Part shown: in pieces, positions 12,589 through 24,509 of the stretch
How the letters are laid out: each line of letters starts with the position of its first letter
Position numbering within the stretch: the stretch's first letter is position 1
Source of the DNA: Octopus sinensis
Taxonomy: Eukaryota
Direction of reading: 5' to 3'
Assembly: GCF_006345805.1 (NCBI RefSeq)
Contig: NC_043020.1
Span: 22,940,001 to 23,004,000 of the forward strand
DNA: 64,000 nucleotides
Notes under the pieces: generated by a model
Told to the model about the DNA's origin: nothing
Databases searched by the model: none
Seen by the model: the letters and a program-made list of their open reading frames with translations, nothing else
Made by a program: the position numbers and the translations under genes

Positions 12589-12793
12589 AGAGAGAGAGAG
12601 AGAGGTGTATGTGTGTGTCCCCCCCTTCTTCCATAAGGGGTGTTTTTACTGGTGTCTGTGTATGTCTTGTGTTTGAATTGCTGTTTATGCCTTTAAATGC
12701 AGAGTTTTACCTTAAATTAAGCCTAAAACCAGGATAATTGTTGACTTAATTAAGCATTTGTGTGTACCTAATGACTTGCAATTTCATTTCCAG

Positions 12794-12856
12794 TGTACAG
12801 ACAGACTAGAAAGGGATCGATTGATCTTGTTCGTTAACAAATTGATATTACACACG
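12794..12856 (+). CDS. DNAJC13: DNAJC13 exon (CTDRLERDRLILFVNKLILHT)
   Basis: tccag| ... |gtgagt. Confidence 0.95.
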
Positions 12857-13080
12857 GTGAGTATCATACTGTTGTACTCTATATTTTGTTGATAATTTTG
12901 GGATTTCATTCTTCAGTGATATGGCAGATTTGTGTAGGGTGTTGTACAAATGATCATGTTTTTTGTTACATACACACACACTCAAATATATATATGTAGG
13001 TCCCGGGTTGAGTCGGGGTTAACCACAGTAAATAAGGTACTCAATACATAGCAGAGTAAATTAATTTATTTTATAGAAGG

Positions 13081-13131
13081 AGCTTCTATGGGACTAGAAC
13101 TGTTTCATTCAAATGAAATCATCAGGAGACT
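13081..13131 (-). ncRNA. Mirror hammerhead copy with damaged stem III
   Basis: agtctc CTGATGA ... GAAA cagttctagtcccATA gaagct. Confidence 0.55.
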
Positions 13132-13204
13132 TGCTGTCAAGATAAGTTTTGGCATTTATACATTTAGGCTAAATGTATAAATGCCAAAACTTATCTTGAC
13201 AGCA

Positions 13205-13255
13205 AGCCTCCTGATGATTTCATTTGAATGAAACAGTTCTAGTCCTGTAGAAGCT
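13205..13255 (+). ncRNA. Minimal type I hammerhead ribozyme motif (PLE type)
   Basis: agcctc CTGATGA tttcatttgaat GAAA cag ttctagtc ctg TA gaagct; predicted cut after 13249. Confidence 0.7.
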
Positions 13256-13601
13256 CCTTCTATAAAATAAATATATGGTCCAACCCATGCTAGCATGGAA
13301 AACGGACGCTAAACGATGATGATGATGATGATGATGAAAATGGAGAAAAACAATAGTTGGTTCATCAACTTTAGGACATTAAAATGTTAACTTATTTATT
13401 TATCAAAACGACATCCATAATAACATACATACATATAGTGTATTATTCTATGCATTTAAATTAAGAATACAAGCAATTATTAAAAAACATGAATATAAAT
13501 TATCAAAATCACTTACAGCTGTTTCAGCGAATAGATAAAAGCATCTCATTCTGCCTATATTAGCCAAGTGTATTGAGGTGATAGGCAGTTGAAAATGAGG
13601 T

Positions 13602-13643
<42 letters not shown>

Positions 13644-13668
13644 TTAATGAACACAGTATATTTTTAGG

Positions 13669-13708
13669 AACTACTAATAGTTTCATGCCTCCAAGCAATC
13701 TCCAGGCT
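13669..13708 (-). ncRNA. Hammerhead-like motif with CUGGAGA core
   Basis: agc CTGGAGA t tgc ttggag gca t GAAA ctattag TA gtt. Confidence 0.55.
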
Positions 13709-14057
13709 GTGCTCAAATGGCATATGCAAACTAAAACAGTAGGACAGAATATGAGAAAAGGTGAAAAGAAACACTGGAAAACAAAAAGAAGGAAAAAAGG
13801 GGTAGAATTAGTCGTGTCCCCTTTGACCTTAAAGCCATAATGAGGCTGAACAGGTAGGGGGTTCTTGTCTGTTGTACAACTGCTCAACTTGGAGAGGGTA
13901 GTATTTTCCAATTTTCAATTTTGAACTATACCATATGTTTACATGTGCTGATGATTTCAGATCTGAAATTCTTAGACCTGAAAAGGATCTGTGATCTTTC
14001 AGATACGCATAACTTGCAATTTTTTGTGATAGCCACACGAGTCTATGAATTCATATC

Positions 14058-14116
<59 letters not shown>

Positions 14117-14488
14117 TACTCACATACAGAGACACGCGTGCACTGAATGTACTCATGAAATATCTTCATTGATTGGATCTTCTGGATTTTCAGTTACATG
14201 GATACTCTGCATTACATTTCTTCGTTTTGGATTATTGTGTGGTCTGATAACCCAAGTCTGTTAGAGGAGCTTTCTGTGAGAGCCACACAAATTTATGAAT
14301 CCATATCTTATACTACAAATTTATATATATACACAAACATATTTTCTGCAAATGATTGCAGAATTGGTGCGTTGAACAAAAATGCCTTGTTTATCATTTG
14401 TTAAATTCTATCTGAAATAATTTCATCAGTTTCTAAATATACCTGATACATAACAAGTGTTTATTCTGTTTTCGTTGTTCTATTTCAG

Positions 14489-14590
14489 AAAAATATCAAA
14501 GAAATTCTTGATTCAAATGGAATTAAAATCCTTGTAGATTTGCTAACTTTAGCTCACCTACACACCAGCAGGGCAGTTGTTCCCTTACAG
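14489..14590 (+). CDS. DNAJC13: DNAJC13 exon ([34 protein letters not shown])
   Basis: ttcag| ... |gtaagg. Confidence 0.96.
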
Positions 14591-15139
14591 GTAAGGGCCT
14601 TAGGGTCCAAATAATTTATTGAATTTTAATTCTCTGTAATATGTAGCAGTAGGGTCTCAGGTATGCAGGCAGTGGTTTATTAGTCTATGGCTGGTCTAAC
14701 TCCAGCTCATCTACACACCTACAAGGGCAGCTGGTTCCTTACTAGTAAAGGGGTTGAGGGTTCATTTATTGATTCATTCGTTGTTAATTCTCTGTAATGG
14801 TGCAGGAGTGGCTGTGTGGTAAGTAGCTTGCTTAACAACCACATGGTTCTGGGTTCAGTCCCACCATGTGGCAGTGTCCATAGAACATGATTAACACTTG
14901 ATTTTACTGAGCCCTTATTTGTCGTTCATGACAAGAGAATCCATCAAAGAAACTTAACAGAATTGATGGAAGGGCACCACCAAGAGTGGTGCCTGTGGCT
15001 TAATTTGACTCAGGACTAACTCTAGGCACTTGGTCTAGTGGTTAGTGTCTTGTCTTAAATATGTAATAGAATATGATTTTAATTAACATTTCATCTCAAT
15101 TAGGCAATTAATGTCCTGTTCTAATTTCGGTCGTTCCAG

Positions 15140-15244
15140 AGCAATCTTCTGGAAGCTGGCGTTGACATGAAACGAGAAAGTGAAAAAGAATGGTATTATG
15201 GAAATGCTGACAAAGAACGCTTGGGACCATACAGCTATGAAGAG
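15140..15244 (+). CDS. DNAJC13: DNAJC13 exon ([35 protein letters not shown]; GYF_2-like start)
   Basis: tccag| ... |gtgagt. Confidence 0.96.
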
Positions 15245-15265
15245 GTGAGTACACTGGATCGTAAT

Positions 15266-15592
15266 ATCACCACCACCATCATCATCATCATCTTCACTGT
15301 CATTGTCATCATTGTCTTTGCTGTCAGCATCTCCATTGTATTTACTGTTATCATCACCATCATTGGCATCATCATCGTCTTCATTATCTTCATCATTTTC
15401 ATCATCATCGTCATTTTCATTGTCATCATTTTCATCATCATCATCAATTTCATTGTCATCATCATTTTCATCATCATCATCAATTTCATCCTCATCATCA
15501 TTTTCATCATCATCGTCTTCATTATCTTCATCAATTTCATCCTCATCATCATTTTCATCATCATCATTATCTTCATCGTCGTCATCATCATA
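15266..15592. repeat. (TCA)n-type imperfect trinucleotide repeat
   Basis: Direct reading. Confidence 0.95.
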
Positions 15593-16265
15593 TTTCTTTC
15601 CTCCCATCCTAACATGGATTTTGCAAGTCTGTTCCACCATAGCATGTGCATATTCTTCCATTATCCTCCTTTATCTTACACATACAACAGAAAACCCTAC
15701 GAATCTTTATTGCGGTTGTGGATGCTTTATTTTATTTTAGCGTGAGTCTTACAGTTAGCCCTCTTCCTTATCTCCAACAACTTTACAGCATAGACTGGGT
15801 GCATTTCTGAACAGTCTTAGGGGTCCCCTCATTGAATACATTCCTCACTTAGCTGAATGATGATATGCCCTGAGGTTCATGCCTGTCCTATGATAGCATG
15901 ATATCCTCCAAATATATTACCACTACACTCATGGAGTGGTTGGCATTAGGAAGGGCATCAAGCTGTAGAAACACTGCCAGATCAGACTGGTGCCTGGCTC
16001 AGCCTCCTGGCTTCCCAGACCCCGGTGGAACCGTCCAACCCATGCTAGCATGGAACACGGACGTTAAACGATGATGATAATGAATATCTTTCTCTATAGA
16101 ACAGTCTGGAAGGGTTTTCACTTAGTATGGCGAGCATTTAAAAAAATTTTTTTTGGTGACCCTTATGAAGGAGTTGGCAGGGGACTGAGATATGCAGTGC
16201 ATTGCTGTATTCGAGAAAACCTGCCTACAATAACAAAACTGAAATCCTAACACCAAGGTACTGTG

Positions 16266-16688
16266 GGATCTTTTTGGTTTGAATGGCAGTTTTTTCTAGC
16301 GGTGTCATATGAAATTGTCACCCATAATTATGACCCTAGTAACCATCTATTGCATTTCAAACTGTTTTAAAGTTAGGGTTAAGGTTAGGGTGGGGGGAAG
16401 GGTATCTTTTTTTCTTCACAAATGTAAATAAACCCAATCTGTTTCTTAAACGAGGGACATATTCATACGGCACAGAATGTTTTTTTACCTCAATGGACGT
16501 CAGTGATTGGTTGAAATTGCAGAAATTGAAGAAAAAAAACTACAAATATCTTACAAACTATATAATTTTCTCAATAAAGCCAAGAGAAAAAGATGTTTTA
16601 TAAACACATTCTACCAGTATACGAAGTTTAAAATTTTTTAGTTACCTAGAAATTATGTTAAAAACTGCCGTTCAAACCGAAAAGATCC
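16266..16688 (+). mobile_element. MITE with about 29-bp TIRs, 8-bp TSD and internal TTAGGG motifs (Merlin- or hAT-like)
   Basis: TIRs GGATCTTTT.GGTTTGAA.GGCAGTTTTT / AAAAACTGCCGTTCAAACCGAAAAGATCC; decayed TSD gtactgtg / gtaccatg. Confidence 0.85.
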
Positions 16689-16744
16689 GTACCATGAAAA
16701 AAACATTGGTGTTGATGCTGGTGTTTTGTTTGCTTGTTGAGCAA

Positions 16745-17095
16745 AGCAGTCTTCGTCCCTAGTGGGAGAAGTCCGAAACGTGGGCCTTTGCTATTCGTAA
16801 GACCCACAGAAGAGAAAGCAGGTCAACCCCCGAGACCGAGAGCATCGACAGATGGATGAATGCGCATCCAGGCTCAGCGGTTGTGTAGGAAGTCGAGGAC
16901 AAGAAACAGGAAGAAAGAGTGATAGAAAGTTGGAGCGAAAGAGTACAACAGGGGTCGCCACCACCCCCAGCCGGAGCCTCATGGAGCTTTAGGTGTTTTC
17001 GCTCAATAAACACACACAACACCCGGTCTGGGAATTGAAACTGCGATCCACCGACCGCGAGTCCGCTGCCCTAACCACTGGACCATTGCACCTCT
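16745..17095 (-). mobile_element. tRNA-derived SINE family F; second copy at about 32110-32328
   Basis: Head gcaatggtccagtggttagggcagcggactcgcggtcg. Confidence 0.75.
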
Positions 17096-17214
17096 ACTTG
17101 TGTGTGTGTGTGTCTTTGTTCCTGGCCACTGCTTGACAACTGCTTTTGATGTGTTTACGTCCCTGTAACTTAGCAGTTTGGCAAAAGAGATTAACATATA
17201 TAGATATAGAATAA

Positions 17215-17374
17215 GTGCAGGAGTGGCTGTGTAGTAAGTAGCTTGCTAATCAACCACATGGTTCCGGGTTCAGTCCCACTGCCTGACATCTTCGGCAGTG
17301 TTTTCTACTATAGCCTCGGGCCGACCAAAGCCTTGTGAGTGGATTTGGTAGACGGAAACTGAAAGAAGCCTGTC

Positions 17375-17441
<67 letters not shown>

Positions 17442-17640
17442 ATATATGTGTGTGTGTCTGCGTTTGTCCCCCTAGCATTGCTTGACAGCCGATGCTGGTG
17501 TGTTTACTTCCCCGTCACTTAGCGGTTTGGCAAAAGAGACCGATAGAATAAGTCCCGGGGGTCGATTTGCTCGACTGAAGGCGGTGCTCCAGCATGGCCG
17601 CAGTCAAAATGACTGAAACAAGTAAAAGAGTTAAAAGAGA
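17215..17640 (+). mobile_element. Family C SINE, full length
   Basis: Matches family C. Confidence 0.8.
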
Positions 17641-17819
17641 GAGAGTAAGTAACAGGCTTAAAAAAAAAATGTGTTGGGTTGATTTGTTAAACTGAAAGTC
17701 TTTGAGGCAGTGTTCCAGCATGGCCACTGTCTGACTGAAATAAGTAAAAGATAAGACACACACACACTCACACATATACCTCTTCGCTTTTCTATCTCTG
17801 TGGTTGATTTTCGTTTCAG

Positions 17820-18022
17820 ATGAAAAATCTGTGGAATGAGAATGTGATCAATGCAAAAACCCGATGCTGGGCGCAGGGCATGGATGGCTGGAGAGCGTTA
17901 CAGAATGTCACCCAACTCAAGTGGAAGCTGATGGCGACGAGTCAACCCGTCATGAATGAGACCGAACTTGCCAAACTCGTTCTCAGCATGTTGATCCGCA
18001 TCGTTGAACATTACCCCAGCAG
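17820..18022 (+). CDS. DNAJC13: DNAJC13 exon (MKNLWNE...KTRCWAQGMDGW...HYPSR)
   Basis: ttcag| ... |gttttt (weak donor, but phase fits the next exon). Confidence 0.94.
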
Positions 18023-18157
18023 GTTTTTATACTTTTCTGACCTTTCTCTTTAACCTGACCTTATCCGACCCAGATATGTTACCTGTTTTATGTTCACACC
18101 AGCCAGATCCAGCTTATCACACCTTACCTTTCAATGCCACTCTAAAAATACGCAGCT

Positions 18158-18550
18158 ACATCATCATCATCGTTTAACGTTCGCTTTCCATGCTGGCATG
18201 GGTTGGACGATTTGACTGAGATCTGGCGAGCCAGATGGCTGCACCAGACTCCAATCTTGATCTGGCAGAGTTTCTACAGCTGGATGCCCTTCCTAATGCC
18301 AACCACTCCGAGAGTGTAGTGGGTGCTTTTACATGCCACCAACATGAGGGCCAGTCAGGCGGTACTGGCAACGGCCATGCTCAAATGGTGCTTTTATGTG
18401 CCACCTGCACAGGAGCCTGTCAGCGGCACTGGCAACGACCTCGGTCGAATGTTTTTTCAGGTGCCACCTGCACAAGTGCTAGTAAGGCGATACAGGTAAC
18501 GATCACACTCGAATGGTGTTTTTAATGTGCCATCGGCATGGAGGCCAGCT
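18158..18550 (-). mobile_element. Family A copy
   Basis: Matches the family consensus seen in the window. Confidence 0.75.
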
Positions 18551-18569
18551 TCTTAAAGCTACAAAATTA

Positions 18570-19540
18570 TCCTTTCTACTATAGGCACAAGGCCTGAAAT
18601 TGTTGGGGAGGGGACAAGTCAATTACATCGACCCCAGTGTTTCACTGGTACTTAATTTATCGACCCCAAAAGGATGAAAGGCAAAGTCGACCTCAATGGA
18701 ATTTGAACTCTGAATGTAGCGACAAACGAATGCTTAGCAGTATTTTACCCGTCGATACATTCAGAGTTCAGATTCCACTGAGGTCGACTTTGCCTTTCAT
18801 CCTTTTGGGGTCGATACTGCTAAGCATTTCATCCAGTGTGCTAACTGCCGGCTCACCTTCTTAAAGCTAGAAAATAATCCTTTTTACACAAGGCCTGAAA
18901 TTGTAGGGGAGGGGACAAGTCAATTACATTAACCCCAGTGTTTCACTGGTATTTAATTTATTGACCCCAAAAGGATGAAAGGCAAAGTCGACCTTGACGG
19001 AATTTGAACTCGGGATGTAACGACGGGTGAAATACCACTAAGCATTTTGTCCAGCGTGCTAACAACTCTGCCAGCTCACCGCCTTAAAACTACAAAATAA
19101 TGTGATCTGAATGCTTAACCGTTTAGCATTCAAATTATTCTGTCAAATGTAATGTTTTTTTTCCATTCATATTGTTTTTAATTAATCTTGTAGCTACAAA
19201 ATAATGCAAGATTAATTAAAAACAAGGTGAATGGAAAAGCATTACATTTGGCAGAACAATTTGAATGCTAAAACATGCGTAAGCACATATAATAATTCTG
19301 CACACAGGTGAAGGCGTGGCTGTGTGATAAGAGGCGGCGAGCTGGCAGAAATGTTAGGACGCTGGGCGAAATGCTTAGCAGTATTTCGTCGGTCTTTCCG
19401 TTCTGAGTTCAAATTCTGTCGAGGTCGACTTTGCCTTTCATCCTTTCGGGGTCGATAAATTAAGTACCAGTTACGCACTGGGGTGGATCTAATCGACAAT
19501 AGCCCTCCCCAAAAATTTTGGGCCTTGTGCCTAGACTAGA
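18570..19540. mobile_element. Family B SINE cluster with opposed copies
   Basis: Two - copies (18570-19085) and one + copy (19331-19540). Confidence 0.75.
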
Positions 19541-19998
19541 AAAAAAGAAAAAAAAAGAGAGGTTTGCCTCTCTCCCTACCACAGGGTTCAGGGTTCAGTC
19601 CCACTGTATGACACTTTGAGCAAGTCCCTTCTGCTATAGCTTCGAGCCGACCGAAGCCTTGCGAGTGGATTCAGCAGATGAGAAATGACTGAAATCCATC
19701 AGATGTGTGTGTGTGTGTGTGTGTGATTGGGCCCTTGTTTGTCCCCAAGCACCGCTTGACAACCGGTGTTGGTGTGTTTACGTCCCCATAAATCAGCATT
19801 TCTGTGAAAGAGACTGATAGAATAAGTACCTGGGTTGATTTGTTTGGCTAAAATTCTTCAAGGCAGTGCCCCAGCATGGCCACAATCTGACAAATGAATC
19901 CAGTAGAAGATAGAAAATATGCTTATCTACACACACACACACACACTGAGGTGTATGCAAATAATGTTTTAATTAACGGTTGTCTCCCTTGTTTGCAG

Positions 19999-20083
19999 AG
20001 ATACGGACGGTGCGATCGTTCGACCACTTCCACGGGCTAAAAGATTGCTGTCTGATGCTACCTCTTTACCTCACATAGTTCAG
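19999..20083 (+). CDS. DNAJC13: DNAJC13 exon ([28 protein letters not shown])
   Basis: tgcag| ... |gtaaga. Confidence 0.95.
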
Positions 20084-20391
20084 GTAAGATTCGATCCCTT
20101 GTTGCTATTGTGTCTGTTGGTTGTTGTTGTTTAACCCTTGGTCACTCCTGATAAAATTTCAAATTTTGCCACACTGGCAAGTAATTTTGGGAGACAGGAT
20201 AAGTCGATTACTTCGACCCCAGTATGCAACTGGTACTTGTTTTATAGACCCCGGAAGGATGAAAGGCAAAATTGATCTTGGCGAAATTTGAACTCAAAAT
20301 GGAAAGATGGACGAAACGCCTCAAGGCATTGTGGCCGGCGTGCTAACGATTCTGCCAGCTCACAGCCTTAAGATGATAATAATAATAATAA

Positions 20392-20820
20392 TCCACAGAT
20401 TTGCTTGTCGACCGTAACCAGTTGAGCATGTCCCTTAGTGGCTGACGATATGTGCATCTCTGACCACGAGCAGAAGTAGTGGGAGAGCATCATAGCCATG
20501 TGTTGAGAGGAATTTCTTGGGGGTTTGAATAATTCACCTCTGGAAACATGGGTGGTTCTTTCAACATCCTTAAACAACCCTTAATCAGGGACCTTTTGAG
20601 TGAGATGGGTTACCCGACCAGAAGAAAATTCTAACTGGGCCCCACCCGCAAGGTTATGTGCTGTTTATCTTGATATGAGATCACCATGTTGCACACATAT
20701 GGTTGTGATGCATGTGCCTGGTGTACCCTTATCGGACGAGTAGTCATGATGGGTATATTGGGCTTCGTATATTTTACCCCAGTGTCACTTTGATGGCATG
20801 AACTGCTCTCTCATTCAACA
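20392..20820 (+). mobile_element. (TAA)n-associated non-autonomous retroelement family E; copies also at 39155-39600 (-) and 47620-48068 (+)
   Basis: Three closely similar copies, each abutting (AAT)n. Confidence 0.75.
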
Positions 20821-21054
20821 ATAATAATATTAATAATAATAATAATAATGGTTTCAAATTTTGGCACAAGGCCAGCAATTTCGTGGGAGTGTGCATGTTG
20901 ATTACATTAACCCCAGTACGCAACTGGTACTTGTTTTATTAGCCCCAAATGGTATTAGAGGCAAAGTAGACCTCTACATAAATATCTTTTTGTAATGAAT
21001 TCTTACAGAAGCTGATATATGTTATGTTTTTTTTTTTGTTTCTTTTGATTTCAG

Positions 21055-21255
21055 TTACTCCTGACCTTTGACCCTGCCTTAGTGGAGAGGGTCGCCATCC
21101 TTTTGTATGAAATAATGCAGGACAATCCAAATGTATCCCGACTCTATTTGACTGGGGTCTTCTACTTCATCATGATGTACACTGGGTCTAACGTCTTACC
21201 CGTTGCACGCTTCCTCAAGTACACCCATCTGAAGCAAGCTTTCCGCTCCGAGGAG
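21055..21255 (+). CDS. DNAJC13: DNAJC13 exon ([17 protein letters not shown]...[28 protein letters not shown])
   Basis: ttcag| ... |gtaggc. Confidence 0.96.
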
Positions 21256-21464
21256 GTAGGCACCATGTTAATGTGTGTTCGTGTGTGTGTAAGGGAGAAA
21301 ATTAAAAATCTGGAGCCATGTTGTGAGGGTAGGAGAGGAAGATGTGGAGCAAGGGAGATGATTGCTGGGGGGGAGAGCGACACTAGCATGGCTGTTGGGG
21401 GTTAAGTAGCTTGCTGTGCAGCCATGTGGTTTTGGGTGGATTGGCAGAAACTGAAAGAAGCCTG

Positions 21465-21493
21465 GTTTGTGTGTGTGCATGTTTGTATGTATG

Positions 21494-21547
<54 letters not shown>

Positions 21548-21592
21548 TATATATGTGTGTGTATATAAATATATATATATATATATATGCAC

Positions 21593-21625
<33 letters not shown>

Positions 21626-21678
21626 TATACATATATATATATACACACACATATATATTTATATACACATATATATAT

Positions 21679-21724
<46 letters not shown>

Positions 21725-21885
21725 TATATATATATTTTCACACACATATATATATTATATATACACACATATATACACATATACACACACACATATATAT
21801 ATTTACACACACACACATATATATATATAACATTATGTGTATATATGGATGTATATATGTATGCAAATACACATACATATATACC
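21465..21885. repeat. (TA)n/(CA)n compound microsatellite
   Basis: Direct reading. Confidence 0.95.
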
Positions 21886-22060
21886 TGCTAGGGGCTATAG
21901 TAGAAGACACTTGCCCAAGTTGCTGTGAAGTGGGACTGAACCCAAGACCACATGCTTGGGAAGCAATCTTCTTAACCACACAGCCGTATCTGCACTTGTA
22001 AAGAACCATCTATAATTTTGATGAATTGGGTGTATATATTTATATTTATTTGTATTTCAG

Positions 22061-22215
22061 AACAAAACTTCTGACATTATGCAGCGCAGTGTCATGGGCC
22101 ACCTCCTACCTGAAGCCATGGTTTGTTACCTGGAAAATTACTCTGCGGACAGATTTGCAGAAATATTTCTTGGAGAGTTCGACACACCTGAGGCAATATG
22201 GAGCAATGAAATGAG
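22061..22215 (+). CDS. DNAJC13: DNAJC13 exon ([10 protein letters not shown]...[17 protein letters not shown]; IWN repeat 2)
   Basis: ttcag| ... |gtgaga. Confidence 0.96.
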
Positions 22216-22521
22216 GTGAGATTCGAAAAAAATATTTGTCTTGCTTTGGTTTTGGGTTTTCTTTTATTCCTTTATTTCTTTCAGTCATTTGACTGTAGCC
22301 GTGCTGGAGCACCAACTTGAAAGGGTTTTATTCGAACAAATTGACCCCAGAACTTGTTTTTGAAGCCTAATACTTAGCCTGTCGGCCTCTGTTGCTGAAC
22401 TGCCAAGTTATGGGGATGTAAACACACCAACACTGGTTGTCAAGCAGTGATGGGGATGACAACAAACAAACACACAAAGGCACACATACATAGATATTCA
22501 TATATATACATACATACATCT

Positions 22522-22781
22522 ATCTATCTGCTCAGTCGAAGTCAACTCTCAGTCACTTGGATCAGTGTCCTCAGTCAGTTCTATCCTGGGCCGCTTCTTT
22601 CAGACTGGCTATGTCCATTCCAGTTTCCCTCTTGTTGGTGTCAAGCCAGCGGGTTCTTGGACGGCCTCTTCCTCTCTTGCCACTGACCATTCCGAGCATG
22701 ATGTCCTTCTCCAGGGATTTTCTCCGCATAATACGACCGAAATATGCCAATCTATGCTTGGTGATCCTAGCTTCTAGCAAC
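22522..22781 (-). mobile_element. RTE LINE 3' end
   Basis: LEARITKHRLAYFGRIMRRKSLEKDIMLGMVSGKRGRGRPRTRWLD; acatacatacatct repeated on both flanks. Confidence 0.85.
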
Positions 22782-22909
22782 ACATACATACATCTCAATT
22801 AAACATAAGGATAAAATCTATATAAGATTTTATCGAGTAGCCAGCATGTAAAAACCAATTAAGGAAAAAATTAATACAAAGTATGTAATTTTTTTCCCCA
22901 ATTATGTTT

Positions 22910-22968
22910 GTACTGATGAGTGGAGAACATGGTAATACATGGTAACCACAAAACCATTAATGGAATAT
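22910..22968 (+). ncRNA. Decayed hammerhead motif
   Basis: gta CTGATGA gtgg..ccac AAAA ccattaatgg aa tat; GAAA and the cleavage triplet are mutated. Confidence 0.5.
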
Positions 22969-23217
22969 GACTAAACCTTTTTTTATTGAAGGAGTTTCTC
23001 CTAGTTTTGTTCCCTCGAAGTCAGCGTGTGTGTATACTTATTGAAGTAGTTTGACTTTAGAGTCCCATTAAAGCCTGTGGCTTTACAGTGTCAGTCTACA
23101 ACTAAACAATCACATCTTCAAAATCTTGAGGGTACAACAGGATAATAAAGGATGTGAATGAATTTGTTGTGAATGAATAAGCTTTACAATTGTTAGAGTA
23201 ATCTGAATTCTAAAAGA

Positions 23218-24041
23218 TTAACCCTTTAGCATTTCAACCAGCAATATCCGGCCAAAATATTGCATCTGTTTTATGTTTGGATTGACCAGATCCAGCCTTT
23301 CACACCTACCCTACAGGTTCATTCTGAAAATATAACCATCACAGCATTGAAATCTTGAAGCTATCAGATACTCTTTACTCTTTACTTGTTTCAGCCATGT
23401 GACTGTGGCCATGCTGGAGCACCACCTTTAGTTGACCAAATTGACCCCAGGACTTATTCTTTGTAAGCCTATTCTATCGGTCTCTTTTGCCGAACCACTA
23501 AGTTATGGAGATGTAAACACACCAGCATCGGTTGTCAAGCAATGTTGGGGAGAGAAACACAGACACACAAACATATACACACATATACATATATACGACG
23601 GGTTTCTTTCAGTTTCCGCCTACCAAATCCACTCACAAGGCTTTGGTCGGCCTGAGGCTATAATAGAAGACACTTGCCCAAGGTGACACGTAGTGGGACT
23701 GAACCCGGAACCATGTGGTTGGTAAGCAAGCTACTTACCACACAGCCACTCCTACGCCTATAATGCATCATTAATTCGAAACAAGGTGAATAAACAAGCA
23801 TTATATTTAATCCTTTAGCATCGGACTGACCATATCCGGCCTAAATATTCAACCAGTTTTCTGTTAAAACTAGCCAGATCTGGATTCTCTCACCTATCCC
23901 GTAAATGTCTTTCTGAGACTAAATAATCACACCATTGAAATCTCAAAGCTGCAAGATAAGCCATGATTAATTTGAAACAATATGAATAAATAAGCTTTAC
24001 ATTTGACAGTAATCTGAATAATCTCGAGGCAAAATGGTTAA
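23218..24041. mobile_element. Cluster of TTAA/CCCTT-terminated (piggyBac-like) MITE fragments, interrupted by a SINE
   Basis: ttaaccctttagcatt start; related pieces at about 2757, 18050-18160 and 19115-19272. Confidence 0.55.
23370..23760 (-). mobile_element. Family C SINE, full length
   Basis: Matches family C. Confidence 0.8.
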
Positions 24042-24128
24042 GCTTCGGTACCAATTGATGTTATTTTGTACTTGTTTATCTAAAATTAACCTGATTTCTG
24101 CTTCTCCTCGTTCTTCTTCTTCTTTCAG

Positions 24129-24330
24129 ACGGATGATGATTGAGAAAATTGCTTCCCACCTGGCTGATTTTAGCCCTCGACTGCAGAGTAACACTCGTGC
24201 CCTTTATCAATACTGTCCTATCCCAGTGATCAGCTACCCGCAGCTGGAAAACGAACTTTTCTGTAATATATACTACCTTAAACATCTGTGTGATACAATG
24301 AACTTCCCAGATTGGCCAATCAAAGACCCG
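24129..24330 (+). CDS. DNAJC13: DNAJC13 exon ([32 protein letters not shown]...DWPIKDP)
   Basis: ttcag| ... |gtaatc. Confidence 0.96.
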
Positions 24331-24509
24331 GTAATCTATTTTTATCTATTTCATTATATCATCATCATCGTCATTGTTCAATGTCCATTTTCCATGCTGG
24401 CATGGGTTGGACGATTTCACAGGAGCCGGAAAGCTGTCCAAGTTCCATTTGTCTGTTTTGACATGGTTTCTATGGCTGGGTGCCCTTCCTAATGCTCACC
24501 ACTTTATAG

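Larger units (their letters stand above)
13064..13272. repeat. Near-perfect 209-bp palindrome (inverted PLE pseudo-LTRs)
   Basis: 104-bp arms around base 13168 (catttag g ctaaatg); only about three mismatches seen. Confidence 0.93.

Noticed and set aside
13943-14010. CTGATGA...GAAA with hairpins as a hammerhead or C/D snoRNA
   Set aside because: Stem I does not pair at the junction, there is no convincing terminal stem, and I recognised no guide; left unresolved.
17025-17095. tRNA-like sequences (also heads at about 6915, 17218, 38495 and 60088)
   Set aside because: These are SINE heads continuing into repeat bodies, with no complete cloverleaf or terminator.
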